A DNA stretch of 64,000 bases from Eledone cirrhosa (taxonomy: Eukaryota), in contig OZ024740.1 of the NCBI GenBank assembly GCA_964016885.1, positions 172,050,001 to 172,114,000 on the forward strand, given 5' to 3'. Below the pieces are notes generated by a model. It did not search any database, was not told where the DNA came from, and saw only the letters and a program-made list of their open reading frames with translations. Both the position numbers and the translations under genes were made by a program. Shown piece after piece: positions 42,533 to 55,841 of the stretch (position 1 is its first letter; each line of letters begins with the position of its first letter).

Positions 42533-42894
42533 TATATACATTTATGTACATATATATATATATATATATACATATGTGTGCCAAAGAGTGAAAAGAGAAA
42601 ACACGCAGTGATTTGATAAAATATTATTTATAATATATTAACTTAAAGTAAAATATTCCGTCATCATGAAATACACAGTTAGTAGATTAGTTTCGCATTC
42701 ACCATTTACAATTTAAAATGTTTGTCGTTTATAAATAGGTGTTACGTGTTGGGGGAAAAAAAGGTGGTCTATTTAGCAGAGTCGTTAGAGCGTTGGATAT
42801 TTGTTCCAATCTCTTCGTTTTTCTGCGTTCTGTTCTGAATTCAAATTCCATCAAGGTCCACCATTCCTTTCATCCTTTCGGAGTCGATAAAGTA

Positions 42895-43062
42895 CCGTAT
42901 TTCCCGGCGTCTAAGACGCTACTTTATTCCTAAAATAAGTCTCAAAAATCTACCATGCGTCCTGGAGGCCGAAGGGTGTTTATTAATTTTTTTCAAATTT
43001 TTGGTTTTCAAAATTAGGGTGCGTCCTCGAGGACGTAGCGTCTTCAGCGCCGGGAAATACAG
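42895..43062. mobile_element. pogo/Tigger-like MITE inserted in a SINE
   Basis: TA|ccgtatttcccggcgtctaagacgctac...gtagcgtcttcagcgccgggaaatacag|TA. Confidence 0.8.
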
Positions 43063-45152
43063 TATGTACCATCTCGGTGCTGGTGCTGCATTCTTTCTTT
43101 TCAGCTGCCACATTCAGGATGTTCCGATGCATGAAATCAAAGGCGGGAAAATTGAGAGAGTGTCTGTATGTGCCCGTGGCATTTTCGGTCCCGGTTATTC
43201 GCAGAATTTTCCTTAGAAACTAACTAATAATTGTTCATTGAAACTGCTTCATATTTGCGGAATAATAATTTTTTTAATGTTTTTTTTCCTGGCAATATAT
43301 ATATTTTTAACGCTAAATTATTAATAATAATATACCATATTTGCCGGCCTATTGGACGCCTCTTCGCATAAGACGCTCCCTCTTTTTTTATTATATTTTA
43401 CGTTATATTTTGACGTTTATAGGCATTTTTATCGACCACGTCCAATATTCGCGGTTTTCACTCTTCGCGGGTGCTCTAGGAACGTAACCCCCACGAATTC
43501 CGGGGACAATTGTATAGGTAAAACTCGGTTGAGGTCAACTTTGCCTTTCATTAATCCAATACAAATCAAATACTGCGATTGATATAATCGACTTTTATTT
43601 CTTCAAAATTGCTTACCTTGAGCCTAAATTCGAAAATATTTTATTGGTAGGGCAATTTTGAGTAACTCATAATTACTATTGCTTTGAAAATATAGATATA
43701 TACTTTAAATCATATATTATTTTACTGTTTTCAGGCACTGAACTACAACTATACTGAGACAACACCTCCAAGGAATTTGAGCCATTCATATCATCCCCAG
43801 TAATTATTGCAGTCTCGTACGTGTTTCATTGTATTCTAGTTGAAAAAGAGACGCAAAGCGACACATCATTTGACACTGGTATACACGAACATGCACATAT
43901 TCACTGCTGCATACATGCACATACATACACACACACACACACACACAATCACACTTATACATACAATCACTCAAAGAAGCACAGAAGCACACAGACACAC
44001 ACACGCATTCACACAGACACTTACACAAACACACACATAAATATATCTTATATACTGCAAATACAACAGCGTAATACGCTTCTCCTCTTAAACACCATGA
44101 GGAATGATACACTATCATATATACGCAGACGATTTTCGTATGATATTCAATACTCTTCACTTTAAACTTGCATCACAAATTTATACACCAACAATTTGGT
44201 GCTTAAATGTCGGGCAATTATACAACTTCCCCCTAAAATACCTCGAAACTGGACAACATTTTCCTTTTAAATATTTAAAAAGTAGTTCGATGCATTTATT
44301 TCTAGTATTTTAAACCAACCATCCACAAAAAGGTTGCAACCCGAGCAGAGCAGCCTTCATTTTTTGTTGTGTCACCGAAGAGGGAATTTACATATACAGA
44401 GAAACCAACAAAAATATTGGACACCTGTACATACATCAAACACATACACATACATACATACATACATACATACATACATACATACATACATACATACATA
44501 CGTACATACATACATACGTACATACGTACATACGTACATACGTACATACATGAATGCATACATATATACATACATACATACGTATATACATAGATAAGTG
44601 GTGAATCTTCCGTCATTTTATTAACGTGAACAAGACACAGAGTTCCCCCTACACTGTTTCTTTTTATCCAATTCCATTCACAAGATTTAGATCAAACCGA
44701 GATCATGGTGGATGACACTTGTTCGGAGCGAAATAGATAACCACTCGGTTATTCCTGCCCCAATATACACACACATACATATACAGGAATACATACAGAC
44801 CTAATAATTCCTGGCCTCGATATGTCTTGTGAGACCATAGATCTGTTTGTGGAAAGTTCCTCCCCCAAAGCACAGGCTTGGCCAAAGCTTTTTCTGGAAA
44901 ATCAACAGTTTTCCATGTATGCAGGTCTACCGTCACCCTGGTAGTGGATATTGTGCATGGAAAAGAAAGAGTCAATAAAGCTAGGTACAAATATCCCAGT
45001 AGCATAGCTAGAGGGGGTTAGGGGGTGGTCCGCCCCGAGTGACACTTTTTGGGGGCGGAACATTTGGGTTTACTGTAGTCTATAAGCGTTCTTTTAATGC
45101 TGCGGCATAATATTATAATTGTACACAGACTAGTTAAAATATATATATATAT

Positions 45153-45342
45153 GAAAAAGTATGACCCCGACGGCAGAGCTCAAGCCATTTCGACGGCTAT
45201 TTCTGGACTGAAATAGCCGTCGAAACGGCTTGAGCTCTGCCGTCGGGGTCATACTTTTTCCTATTTCCCTCTCTACTAACCTAAGTATTGAGTACTCTGG
45301 TGCGTTATGGTCCATTTGGTTCCTTACCACAATTCCTTTGTT
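45153..45342 (+). mobile_element. Fold-back element family A, copy 4 (51-bp arms)
   Basis: Arms 45153-45203 and 45210-45260, then the conserved tail; TA flanks. Confidence 0.85.
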
Positions 45343-45343
45343 T

Positions 45344-45371
<28 letters not shown>

Positions 45372-45375
<4 letters not shown>

Positions 45376-46245
45376 AAGAATTACTATATCTACTAACAAA
45401 TATATACAGATGCATACCTATGCTAGCAAATATATAGGTTTTGTCTTAGTAACTTTGTGGTTCAATGCAAGGGGATGCAGAACAATAATATGAAAGACGT
45501 AAAATAAGAAAATTATAAATATTAACTTACTTACTAAAATTTCACTCCAACTAATTAGTTTCTGAAAGGGAATAAACATGGTTTCCGAAGAAACGCACGG
45601 AGAAATCCTTTCGTCATCAGGGAAGTCTATTCTCAGCTAAGTTTCCAGGCAATGCGTGGACACAGGGAACTTATACAAAAATAATTCAGTGGATGGAAAA
45701 AAGCAAAGCGTGGACTAAGTTCCAAGACATTGATAAAATCACTGCCTACTCGGTCGGTGGCAAATTCAAAAGAATCAATCACGTGACATCGAGGTTAATC
45801 AGTGAGGAGTGGTGTGTTAAGAAGACAGCAGCCGATCCATTACTATGAGCTATAGTAGCAGTTTTGGCAAATTTTTGCTCAACAAAATAATTTGGAGATA
45901 ATTATAAAGAATTACTATATCTACTAACATATATATACCTGATTAACCTCAATGTCACGTGATTGATTCTTTTGAATTTGCCACCGACCGAGTAGGCAGT
46001 GATTTTATCAATGTCTTGGAACTTAGTCCACGCTTTGCTTTTTTCCATCCACTGAATTATTTTTGTATAAGTTCCCTGTGTCCACGCATTGCCTGGAAAC
46101 TTAGCTGAGAATAGACTTCCCTGATGACGAAAGGATTTCTCCGTGCGTTTCTTCGGAAACCATGTTTATTCCCTTTCAGAAACTAATTAGTTGGAGTGAA
46201 ATTTTAGTAAGTAAGTTAATATTTATAATTTTCTTATTTTACGTC

Positions 46246-46250
<5 letters not shown>
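45372..46250. mobile_element. Young non-coding retrozyme/Penelope-like element: 531-nt unit with 36-bp direct terminal repeat, plus 312-bp inverted duplication carrying a hammerhead-like motif
   Basis: Direct repeats 45372-45407 and 45903-45938. Inverted arms 45491-45802 and 45939-46250 (one mismatch seen). CTGATGA CGAA...TTCG GAAAC cat GTT at 46121-46166, mirrored at 45575-45620. Confidence 0.8.
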
Positions 46251-46329
<79 letters not shown>

Positions 46330-46514
46330 ATAGTTGCGGAGGGTCATATTGTTGTAATAATATTGCTAGAAATAATAACAGAACACACTCACTGTTTGGT
46401 TGGTTTTCGCTTCTGCATCTTTTATATCTCCATAGTTAATTTATTTGGTAATCAATGTTTATCATTGATTGACCAACGGTTAAAAATATAGATATAAATA
46501 TATATATATAGTCT

Positions 46515-46556
46515 ATCAAAGTTCTTTCGTTGCCCATCTGCAACATCATCAGTGGT
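46515..46556 (-). ncRNA. Hammerhead ribozyme motif in the Penelope 3' repeat
   Basis: acca CTGATGA t GTTGC agatgg GCAAC GAAAG aa CTT tgat; stem II covaries with the family B motif (GTCAC/GTGAC). Confidence 0.8.
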
Positions 46557-46805
46557 ACTATTATCATGTTTCCTCCTATTGTGTTGTATTGTAGTGTTTA
46601 CACCATTTTTATTTTATTTATTTATTTATTTATTTATTTTTATCTCCGACTCTGCGCATGCGTTTGCGTGTGTGTATAATGGTGTGTGTGTGTTCGCGTT
46701 TGTGTGTATGTGTTTTGGTTTTTGCATTCTATCTTTGTTTATTAGTGTGTGTTTATATGTGTTTGCTGTTATTGTACTTGTCTATATATTTATTTATTTA
46801 TTTAT

Positions 46806-47740
46806 TTATATTTCTCTTAAGTCAGTATTGTTTGTTTGGGTATGGTTGTTGTTATTCCATTCATTTTTTATGTTTAACTTTGGTCTTCTAAGCTCTATTT
46901 CACTCGCTTCCCTGATTTGCCTACCTGTTGGGTCATTTCTATGTTTAGATATTATTTTAATTTCTATGTTGTCTATATTACCGTCACGTCTTTGACTGGT
47001 GTGTTCATATAGTACTGAACCATTTTTTTGTCCTTTTAATTTCCCCCAGTGTTGGTCTATTCTTTCTCCTATGCTTCGAGCTGTCTCACCTATGTATGTC
47101 GTTGTCATGTTTCTGCAGGTACCCTCTGTACATCTTATGCTATAGACTACATTTCTAGTTTTACAGTTTATCTGGGGGTTCACTTTACATATAACACATT
47201 TCCTATTAGTACAGTGGGTTTTCTTAAAGGGGAATGTTTTGCTGATCAGTGATTTTATGGAAGTTCCTGGCTTTTCTACCACTTTAATCTTTAAGTGGGT
47301 CTTTCTCAGGACCTTTCTACACTGGTTAGCTAATTTCCCTCCAAGGGTAGCGTCCACGAACATGACACTCTGGTATCTCTGGTTGTCGTACCATGAGGTG
47401 GCTTTCCCTATCTTATGTTTAATCCTATCTAAGCTATTCCATGATTTGCTCCTGTATAATGGGCAAATTCCTTTCATATCCAGTTCTATGAGGGTCATAT
47501 ACTTATCCGTGGCTCCTTTGTATACCCTGATTCTGTCTCTTTGGTTGTAGCTAGAGAACCTCATGCGGTTGATGAAGTGTTGGATATGTCTTTCCATCTC
47601 TGTTGGGTCGCACATGCGGGACACGTTCTTCATCAGTCGTACCAAGTCTGCGATCTGAATATTAAACTTAGCACTACTGGACATTGCTGAGTTTTTGAGT
47701 ATTAGGTATTTAGAGGCCATGGGTTTAGCATAGTGTGAGT
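46806..47740 (-). pseudogene. Uninterrupted C-terminal segment (thumb/linker + Zn knuckle + GIY-YIG) of the Penelope ORF
   Basis: 304-aa open frame ending after REASEIELRRPKLN. Confidence 0.9.
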
Positions 47741-49438
47741 GGAGAATTTGGGCCCTCTTGTCTATAGTGTTAATTCAGAGTTCCGTTTCTAATACAGGTA
47801 GTCTATTGTTAGGGTGTTTGGAAGGGTAGTCAACAGTTACAGTTATACTCTGGTGTATGGAATTAGCTATCTGCTGTATGCTTTCCATTGTGCTATATTC
47901 TAAAGCATGTTCGTTAGTACTCTCTTGTGGGGGTGTTCTTATTACTATAGTAATATCGTCTACGTAACTAGAGTACATGGCGAGGTTTATGGAGCTCTCT
48001 TCAAGGAGATCTTTGAGTCTCCTTTCCAACCATACCATAAATAGATTGGCAACATCACCAGCTATGCTGACGCCAATGGCTGCTCCCTCATTCTGGGTGT
48101 AGATCTTTTCATTGAATTTAAACATATGGCTTTTTAGACTTTAGAATAGTTTTAATACTAGCCCCTATGCATGCGCGACCATTTTCCTCACCTGATTATT
48201 GTTTTTTGGTGTCCGTATGGCTTTGGTCCACCCATTCCACCTTCCCATGGGAGTCCTTTTTGCCATTGAGGTTATGGTGTGGATCTACCTCTTATGTGTC
48301 TACCGGGGCAGAAACGGCCAAGGTCATGGCTATCTAGGTAATCGGTGTCATAAGTAGGAGGCCCAGTTCATCTGTGTCGACGTCGCAGAACTCCACCTCA
48401 CTCTCACTGATTATTTCCACACATTTGTCCACGGCAAAATCAATGTTAATGGATGGGTACAGTGATACCACATCCATACTGCCTATTATGCAGTTAGATA
48501 AGTTTTTGTTTTTGTTGCACTCATTCATTCTGCTGAGGAGGTCCTCTGTATTGTCACATACATCTGGGGACATCTTAATTATGGGGCGTATAACCATCGA
48601 GAGGAAGTAGGAGATCCTGTAGTTGTTAGCAATATTGGCTCCACATACAGATCTTGGTGGTCCTGTCGTCGGGTCGTCAGCTGTCTTATGATCTCTGCGG
48701 AGCCCATACAAGGGTGGTATGTCATTCTTAGACGCATGGAAGTTGTTGGCATTGCGTCTGTTGGCTTTAGGATGTCGGTCCACATCATCATGTGAGCGTT
48801 GAGGATCTTCTCACTCCCCTCATGTGTTTGTTGTGTAGTTTCGCTCGTGTTGATGATGTGGGGTGGCATAGCCTTGATATAGTTCGGCATGCTGTCTATC
48901 GACATCCGACCAGACTTATCTGTAGGTAGGCACACTACCTCACCATCCCCTGTGCGCTGCTTGAGGCTAACTAGGCCTTCTACAGGTTTCCTTCCAAGTT
49001 AGATTTCTGGTCTGCTTTGTCTCTTAGTATATCGGTCTACTATTTGTCTAAGTTTATTTCTAGCTATGGTGAACTGTGCCTCTGTCTCGTCATCTATTTC
49101 TTGTGGTATACAAACTCTTTTATTTAAAGGTAACTTAGCGGGATAAATTTTATTCATCTTGTATGTTTTGTGAGCTGGGTTGAAGAATAGTTTCTCTAAG
49201 GGGTTGTCATTATATCTATCGTCATAGTTGTGTGTGTTGCTATTATTGTTATTATGGTGGTTGTTGTTCCTACCGTTAACATTATCATTATTGTTATGAT
49301 TGTTAGATGTATTGTTGTTGTTCTCTCTATTGTTATTGTTGATGTTACTGTTATTTCTACCATAACAATAATAATAATGTTAACGGTAGGAACAACAACA
49401 ACAACAACCATAATAACAATAATGTCAATAACAATAAT

Positions 49439-49614
49439 TATTTCTACTTTTGGCACCAGGCCGACAATTATGCCAGTACATTACTAGTACTTTATTTTAT
49501 CGACCCCGTAAGGATGAAAGGCAAAGTTAACCTCGGCGGGATTTGAACTCAGACCATAAAGGGCCGTAACTCTTTGCTGCAAAGCATAGCGTCCGACCCT
49601 CTACCGATACTGCC
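49439..49614 (-). mobile_element. Main-family SINE
   Basis: 17-bp target duplication atgtcaataacaataat at 49422-49438 and 49615-49631. Confidence 0.9.
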
Positions 49615-49981
49615 ATGTCAATAACAATAATGTCTGATCTAATAGATTCACAATGTCATTACTCTATCATTATCAACCGATACTCTATTCCCCAACCCAG
49701 AGAGTATGAGAAGCAAAAGTAACCGCAGTGGGATTTGAACGTAGAAAGCAGAGAGCCAGGACAAATATCATTAGACATTCTATCTGACGCTATAAAGGCT
49801 TTACCAATTCGTTGCCTTACACTACACACACATGACAAATCGCACTGGGGCAAACTGTACCGTTCATCCTTCCGGAGTCGATAGAATAAAGTAGAAGTCA
49901 AATAAGCCACAGAGTCGATATAATCCACTTTCTTCCCTCTCATACACATACTTCCCAATATTGGGCCTAATATAGAAATTG

Positions 49982-50038
<57 letters not shown>

Positions 50039-50701
50039 AATAAATAAATAAATAAATGTGTACACACATACATGCTTACATTTATTCCTTCATACATACG
50101 ATGTCGTGGGTGTATATCAGACAATGGAGCTCTATAATTGCTTGTGTAGCTTTTACTATATGGTAGTAGGTGGGAGGAAGGTGGCGGTGGGACGGGGGGG
50201 GGTCATGAAACAGCAGGGTACTACATAACATTGCTTCTCAGTAAGACAGAAATATTGCCGAAGTTTATGAATGAACGAACACGTAATTGAATAAACGTAC
50301 TGTATAGTTTAGTTTAGTTGTGCGGGGGAGGGAGCAGGAAAGTTGTACTTACAAACCCTTTCGTATGATTCCTATATATATATATATATATATTTATTTA
50401 TTTATTTCAATTGCTTTTTTTTTGTCAGATTATTTATATGTATTTATGGTTGTCTGTCTGTCTGTATGCCTGTAAACTTCTGAGATTGCGAGCAACTCTT
50501 TCGTTGAATCAAATGCCGTGATACACTTGGTCGAACAGGCAGATTCAAAGTCATACTCATACACATATACATACTACTCACACAAACACAAACACTCACA
50601 CATTTGCACATACTCACGTAATGCACTAAACATACACAAGCATATATAAGCTGAGACACTTATGAAAATTCTCCTCTTAAAATATATATATATACACATA
50701 C

Positions 50702-50806
<105 letters not shown>

Positions 50807-51219
50807 CATATGAGTTTGTATGTCTGTGTGTCTGCGTGTGTATGTTTGTGAGTGTGTATCAGTACAATAAAACACTTGATCCAGTGACAACCACTTTTAG
50901 CTAGGTTTGTTTGGAAAATGGGAATTTGATATTCTCTTCTCTACCGCTCTATCATACACAGCTGGTGAGTGGGAGAGTGGGAGAGCAACAGCTGAGTATT
51001 TCTATCTACCTATGTATCTATCTTTGTATCTGTCTATCTATTTGCATGTCTATTAATATCTATCTATTCATCTATCAATTTATCCGGTTAAAACTACCTA
51101 AATGTCTATCTACTTCTCTTTCTATCTGTCAGTATCTATTAATGTATATTTACCAATGTATTGATCTTCGGACAATAACAATAACAACAGAATACGAATC
51201 CTAATAGCAGTCCAAAGAC

Positions 51220-51269
<50 letters not shown>

Positions 51270-52239
51270 AACAAAGTCAATGTAATTTAGTGGACATATG
51301 TTTTATACTGATTTATAAAAATATTGAAGAAAATTATTGTAATTGATTTAAATATGTAAATGAATGAGAATGGAATATGGCGAAGAAAACGAAAAGGTCA
51401 AGAAAATCAAAAAATCAAGTAACTTTACATAGAATGTTGTAATGAAAGAATTATTAAATTAAATAATTTTGAATTATAGTCCCATCATTGTTACAGGCAC
51501 TATGCTAGTATGCAAGTATATGCGTATATATAAATATATATATGTACATATGCACACAAACATACACATATATATATATACATACACGAACACGTATATA
51601 TGTTCAAACTGTCGTGTAATCTGAACTCATTACAGTATTATGCAATCCAGCCCATATGCACAAAATTGAATTGCCCAAGAGGGTGGCCGACGAAAAAGAT
51701 AGATGCTTTTGTTCGTTCGCCCCCCGCGCTTCGTTTTTTTCCTTATGCAAATTTGCTATTCATTCTTACTGTAGCATTATGCGTTTCTTCTTTATTTAAC
51801 TACCCGTTTACCTACCTATGCGACAATTCTCCCTCTCCTGCATGCCTCCCTCCCTTCTTTATTCTCTGTTTTCCCCTTTTCTCTCCTTTCTGTTTACTGA
51901 TGCATTTCCTGTCCTAGTGTCTTTCACTACCTGTTTGCTCTTCTCCTAATTTACCTTTTGCAGGACATTCTAATTATATTTCCCTCCTTCCTACATTACC
52001 ATTCATACCACACGCCTGTACCATATCCAGTCCTGTTTTCAGTCATAAGACGTTTTCTCGGTATTAGTTTACTCGTTTTGCTACCCTAACCGAAAGACTC
52101 TCCGTTGTTTTCCCCTGTTTCTCTGCTGTCGTGTTGTTTTATATGCATCTTTTCAGTGGCTCATTATTATCCAAACTTACCCTTATGCACGAAACTGCAT
52201 TGCCTAAGGAGTGGCCGACGAGCGAAAGGTATTACAGAG

Positions 52240-53890
52240 TTAGCTGTTCACCACCAGTGAACTGAGGTAACATCCCTTATTTTGCGAGTACCCTCCGAAG
52301 TATTCGAGCTGTTCGAAGCAATGCTGATTTTGTAAATGTTCCATCCGTATTGCAATCCCTATTTGTTTAATGTACTTCTTAAGATCTTTACTCACTGTTT
52401 CCAAGACTCCAACTATTATTGGTATTACCACCACCCTTTTCAGTGACCACAGCTGCTTAACCTCCCAAGCTAACCAATCATATCTATCAATTTCTTTTCT
52501 TGATCGCATACCTTGTTATGCTATATCTATGATCCAACACTGTTTGCTTTCTTTCTCAATTAATACAATATCTAGTCTCCTATGCTCAATCTCATGATCA
52601 CACTCTATCACAAAGTCCCACGGGATCATTTTCGATAACACCCTCAGGGTTATGTTCGTACCACATATCTGCTCTATCAAGTGCATATTTGCCGCAAAGT
52701 GTACACTGGTCTATCCTTGCTATGTTGTCGTGACATCTCATATATTATTTCTGAGCTAGTGGAGTGCATTGACTGGTAATATGCCATACCGTTTCTCCAT
52801 TCATGTTACAAATTCTACACTTATCATTTTCTGCTGTGTGGTCTACTCTATGCTTGATATAGTTAGTTCTTAGTGCTTGTTCTTGAGTAGCACAGATTAA
52901 GACCCCTGTTACCGCTTTTAGATCCATTTTAGACATCCATAATCACCTTTTTTCTGTCTGTCCTATCTTCAACATCTCTATGGAATTGTCCATACAATCT
53001 TGTTCTACTGTGTTTTTTCTTTACAATCTTCTATTTTGCACAACTCTGACCCTCTTACTTCCAGCAACAGTGGTTCTGTGGAAATTTGTATGTACCACGC
53101 CATGTTATTTTCTTCTGTGCTAATGCTGTCTTCGCAACCCATCAATTCTCTCCCTCCTCTTTTTCTTGGTACATATAATCTTTCTCTGTCGCTCTTTGGG
53201 TGAAATACCCCATATCAAGTCAATATCTTTCTTGACTTTCGATCTAAACTGTTTAGCTCTTTTACTGTCCACGTGATCACCCCGCCCATATCTTAGGAGT
53301 GATACCGCCCATGTGTTGATAGCTTCCATCTTATACCCTGTATTCTACCTTAAATGTTTCTTTCATTTCCTCCTCCATTATCTTATCAACTTCCAATATC
53401 CTTAAGTACTTATAACTTCATAACATTCCCTACCTATTGGCAGCACCAACCCCTCAATGCTTTTAATTTGGCCTCTGTTCAAGATTAACACACCACCATT
53501 TTTTAATCCGAACTCAATTCTGATGTCAGTACTAAATGTATACATCATATCAACCCAGGAACCAAGCAGGGAATCATTCTTATCATAAAGCTTGAGGTCG
53601 TCCATGAATATGTGGTTGATTTTTGGCTGGCGACCTTTAAATTCATACCAAGCCTTAGCTTTTCTCAAGATAATTGTCAGTGGTATCATGCACAGTTCAA
53701 ACATCAGTCGTAACAGGCAGTCCCCTTGGAATAACCTCTCTTGATTTCTATTGTTTCTAAATCTCTTCCATATACTATCAGTTCAGACTTCCACTCTTTC
53801 ATACTTTTCCTTAAGAATCGCTCTACATTTGATGCAATAGCAAATATGGTAACGCATTCCATATTCCAAGAGTGCAGAACCATGTCAAAG
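52240..53890 (-). mobile_element. Second decayed R4/Dong-type LINE
   Basis: KTFDMVLH, HIFMDDLKLY, AINTWAVSLLRYG, QEQALRTN, CRICNMNGETVWHITSQC, VIPIIVG. Confidence 0.85.
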
Positions 53891-54379
53891 GTTTTTCGAT
53901 TCAAGAAATTAGCTAGAAACACATGCCCAAGGTACCAGAACTACGTGGTTCTTAACCATACTCTTGCATGCGCCTGAAAATATACATTCCTTCTTGTATT
54001 CATTTACTATTTTCAATAATTTGACTGCCACCTTGCTGGAGCCCCACCAGGAAGTGATTTTGTCTATCATATTTAACTGGATTTTTTTTTCATATCTAAC
54101 TCGATTTTTTTTCCACATCTGATACTTAAAGTTATTAGACATAAATAAAGACACACGTGAGTATATACACACATACGCATGAAGTGTAATAATTTATTGC
54201 GTAATGCATACGATTGAGTACAGGATTATGCAGTCAGCGCATGTAGACGGTTATTGTACTGAAACATATGTTAAAGAATGAACTCTCACAAAATTTCTCC
54301 TTCTGATCAATTCTTTCTGCCTAGTTAGTCCTGTTTTTCCCTAACATCACTCTAGTAACTGGAAGTGAAAAAAATCTTC

Positions 54380-55100
54380 ACGAGCTAACATGAAAACTGG
54401 AGAGAGAATCGAAGAAATTTAGCAGAGAAATAAATGCCGAAAAGAGCATAGTACTTGTAGTGGGGAGAAGAGCAAGAAACTTAGAAGAGCCTATCAAGAT
54501 TGATGACAAGGAATTAGAGTAAGTGAAACAATTTAAGTACTTAGAATGTACCGTTTCAGAGAATGACAAGTTAACAAACGAAGTGAAGACAAGAACTGAG
54601 ATAACGATGACATCTTTGAACAGACTGGACAACATTTGGAAGAAACGGTAAAATATGCTTCAAATCCAAACTGAAGCTGATGAAATCAATAGTGATATCA
54701 ATGCTACGATACGAGTATGATAGGCGGACATATGAGGAAGTGAAAGCTGGACAATGAAGAAGTGAACCGGAGGACCAACGCATTTGAGATGAAATGCTAT
54801 CGGAAATTGCTTGAGGTGAAATGGTGGGACAAACGAACCAATGAATGGGTTCGGAAAAAATGGTGCTGCACAGACGTCTCTGCTAAATATTTTGGACATG
54901 TAGGGAGACACCCCAAGGACCTGAGACTGTAATACATGAGCGTGTGCTGAGTAGCAGGGAAGAGGGCGGCCAAGATGTTGGATGAGCGACATCTGCGTAT
55001 GGACTGACGGGAGTCCCTGAGAAGCGATCCGAATGGCAGAGAACAGGACTATTTGGAGAAAATTGCAGAAGGCATCCCCGAACTCTTTGGGCTTATGATA
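54380..55100 (+). mobile_element. Decayed RTE-clade LINE 3' portion
   Basis: VKQFKYL, KLKLMKSIV, ESWT, NAFEMKCYRKLL, LKYFGHV, GRGRP across stops and frameshifts. Confidence 0.8.
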
Positions 55101-55841
55101 TAGCGTATTAATGATAGCATTACGTTCTTTAGCTAATAATCCAAGTTAATACTGATTTGGATCAATGCTGGTTCTTGTAGACTTCAATGATAGTGTAAAT
55201 ATGTATGTATACAATTCTCCTCGTCATCGTTCAACCTTTGAATCCTAAGAATATTTAAAAGATGTTGAAGCTTCTATATATCGCATGTACAGAGTGACTA
55301 AAAAAACTGGCTCCAGTTTTCTTTCTGTTTATATTACTCATTTTTTGACAAAAACTCCGAATATATTCAGTTCAAACCATTAAAAATAATATCAAAAATT
55401 CACTATCTTCTGATGTGAGTGTGTATGTATGTATGTATGTATGTATGTATGTATGTATGTATGTATGTATGTATGTATGTATGGAGGGAGGGAGGGAGGG
55501 AGGGATGTATGGATGGATGGATGTATGTATGTATGGATGGATGCATGCATGTATGTATGCACGTAAGCATGCGAGTATATGTATGTAAGTATATGTATAT
55601 GTTTTTCTTTTAGATTTAAGTTCTTTGCAGACTTCGAGTCGGTCCTAAGGCAGTGACAAGGCTTCTTTGTTTGAGTGAAGACAGTTCCAGTGAATTGTGA
55701 ATATATGAGCCCAGTTAATGTGTGCATATATGTGAGCATGTGTGGACGTGTTAACAGTCATGTAATTAGAGTGCATGTCTTTTTAGAACTCGGTTGTATG
55801 TGATTACACTTAATGTACGTATGCCATGTAATATATATATA

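Larger units (their letters stand above)
46324..49423 (-). mobile_element. Penelope-like retroelement (RT + C-terminal GIY-YIG endonuclease), disrupted and 5'-truncated
   Basis: PTDKSG, PPLYGL..DHK, SMDVVSLYPSI, GAAIG, YVDD, HYAKPMAS, then CxxxxCxxC and VVY..C...C....YIGETAR...R...H; ends in (TA)n. Confidence 0.93.
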
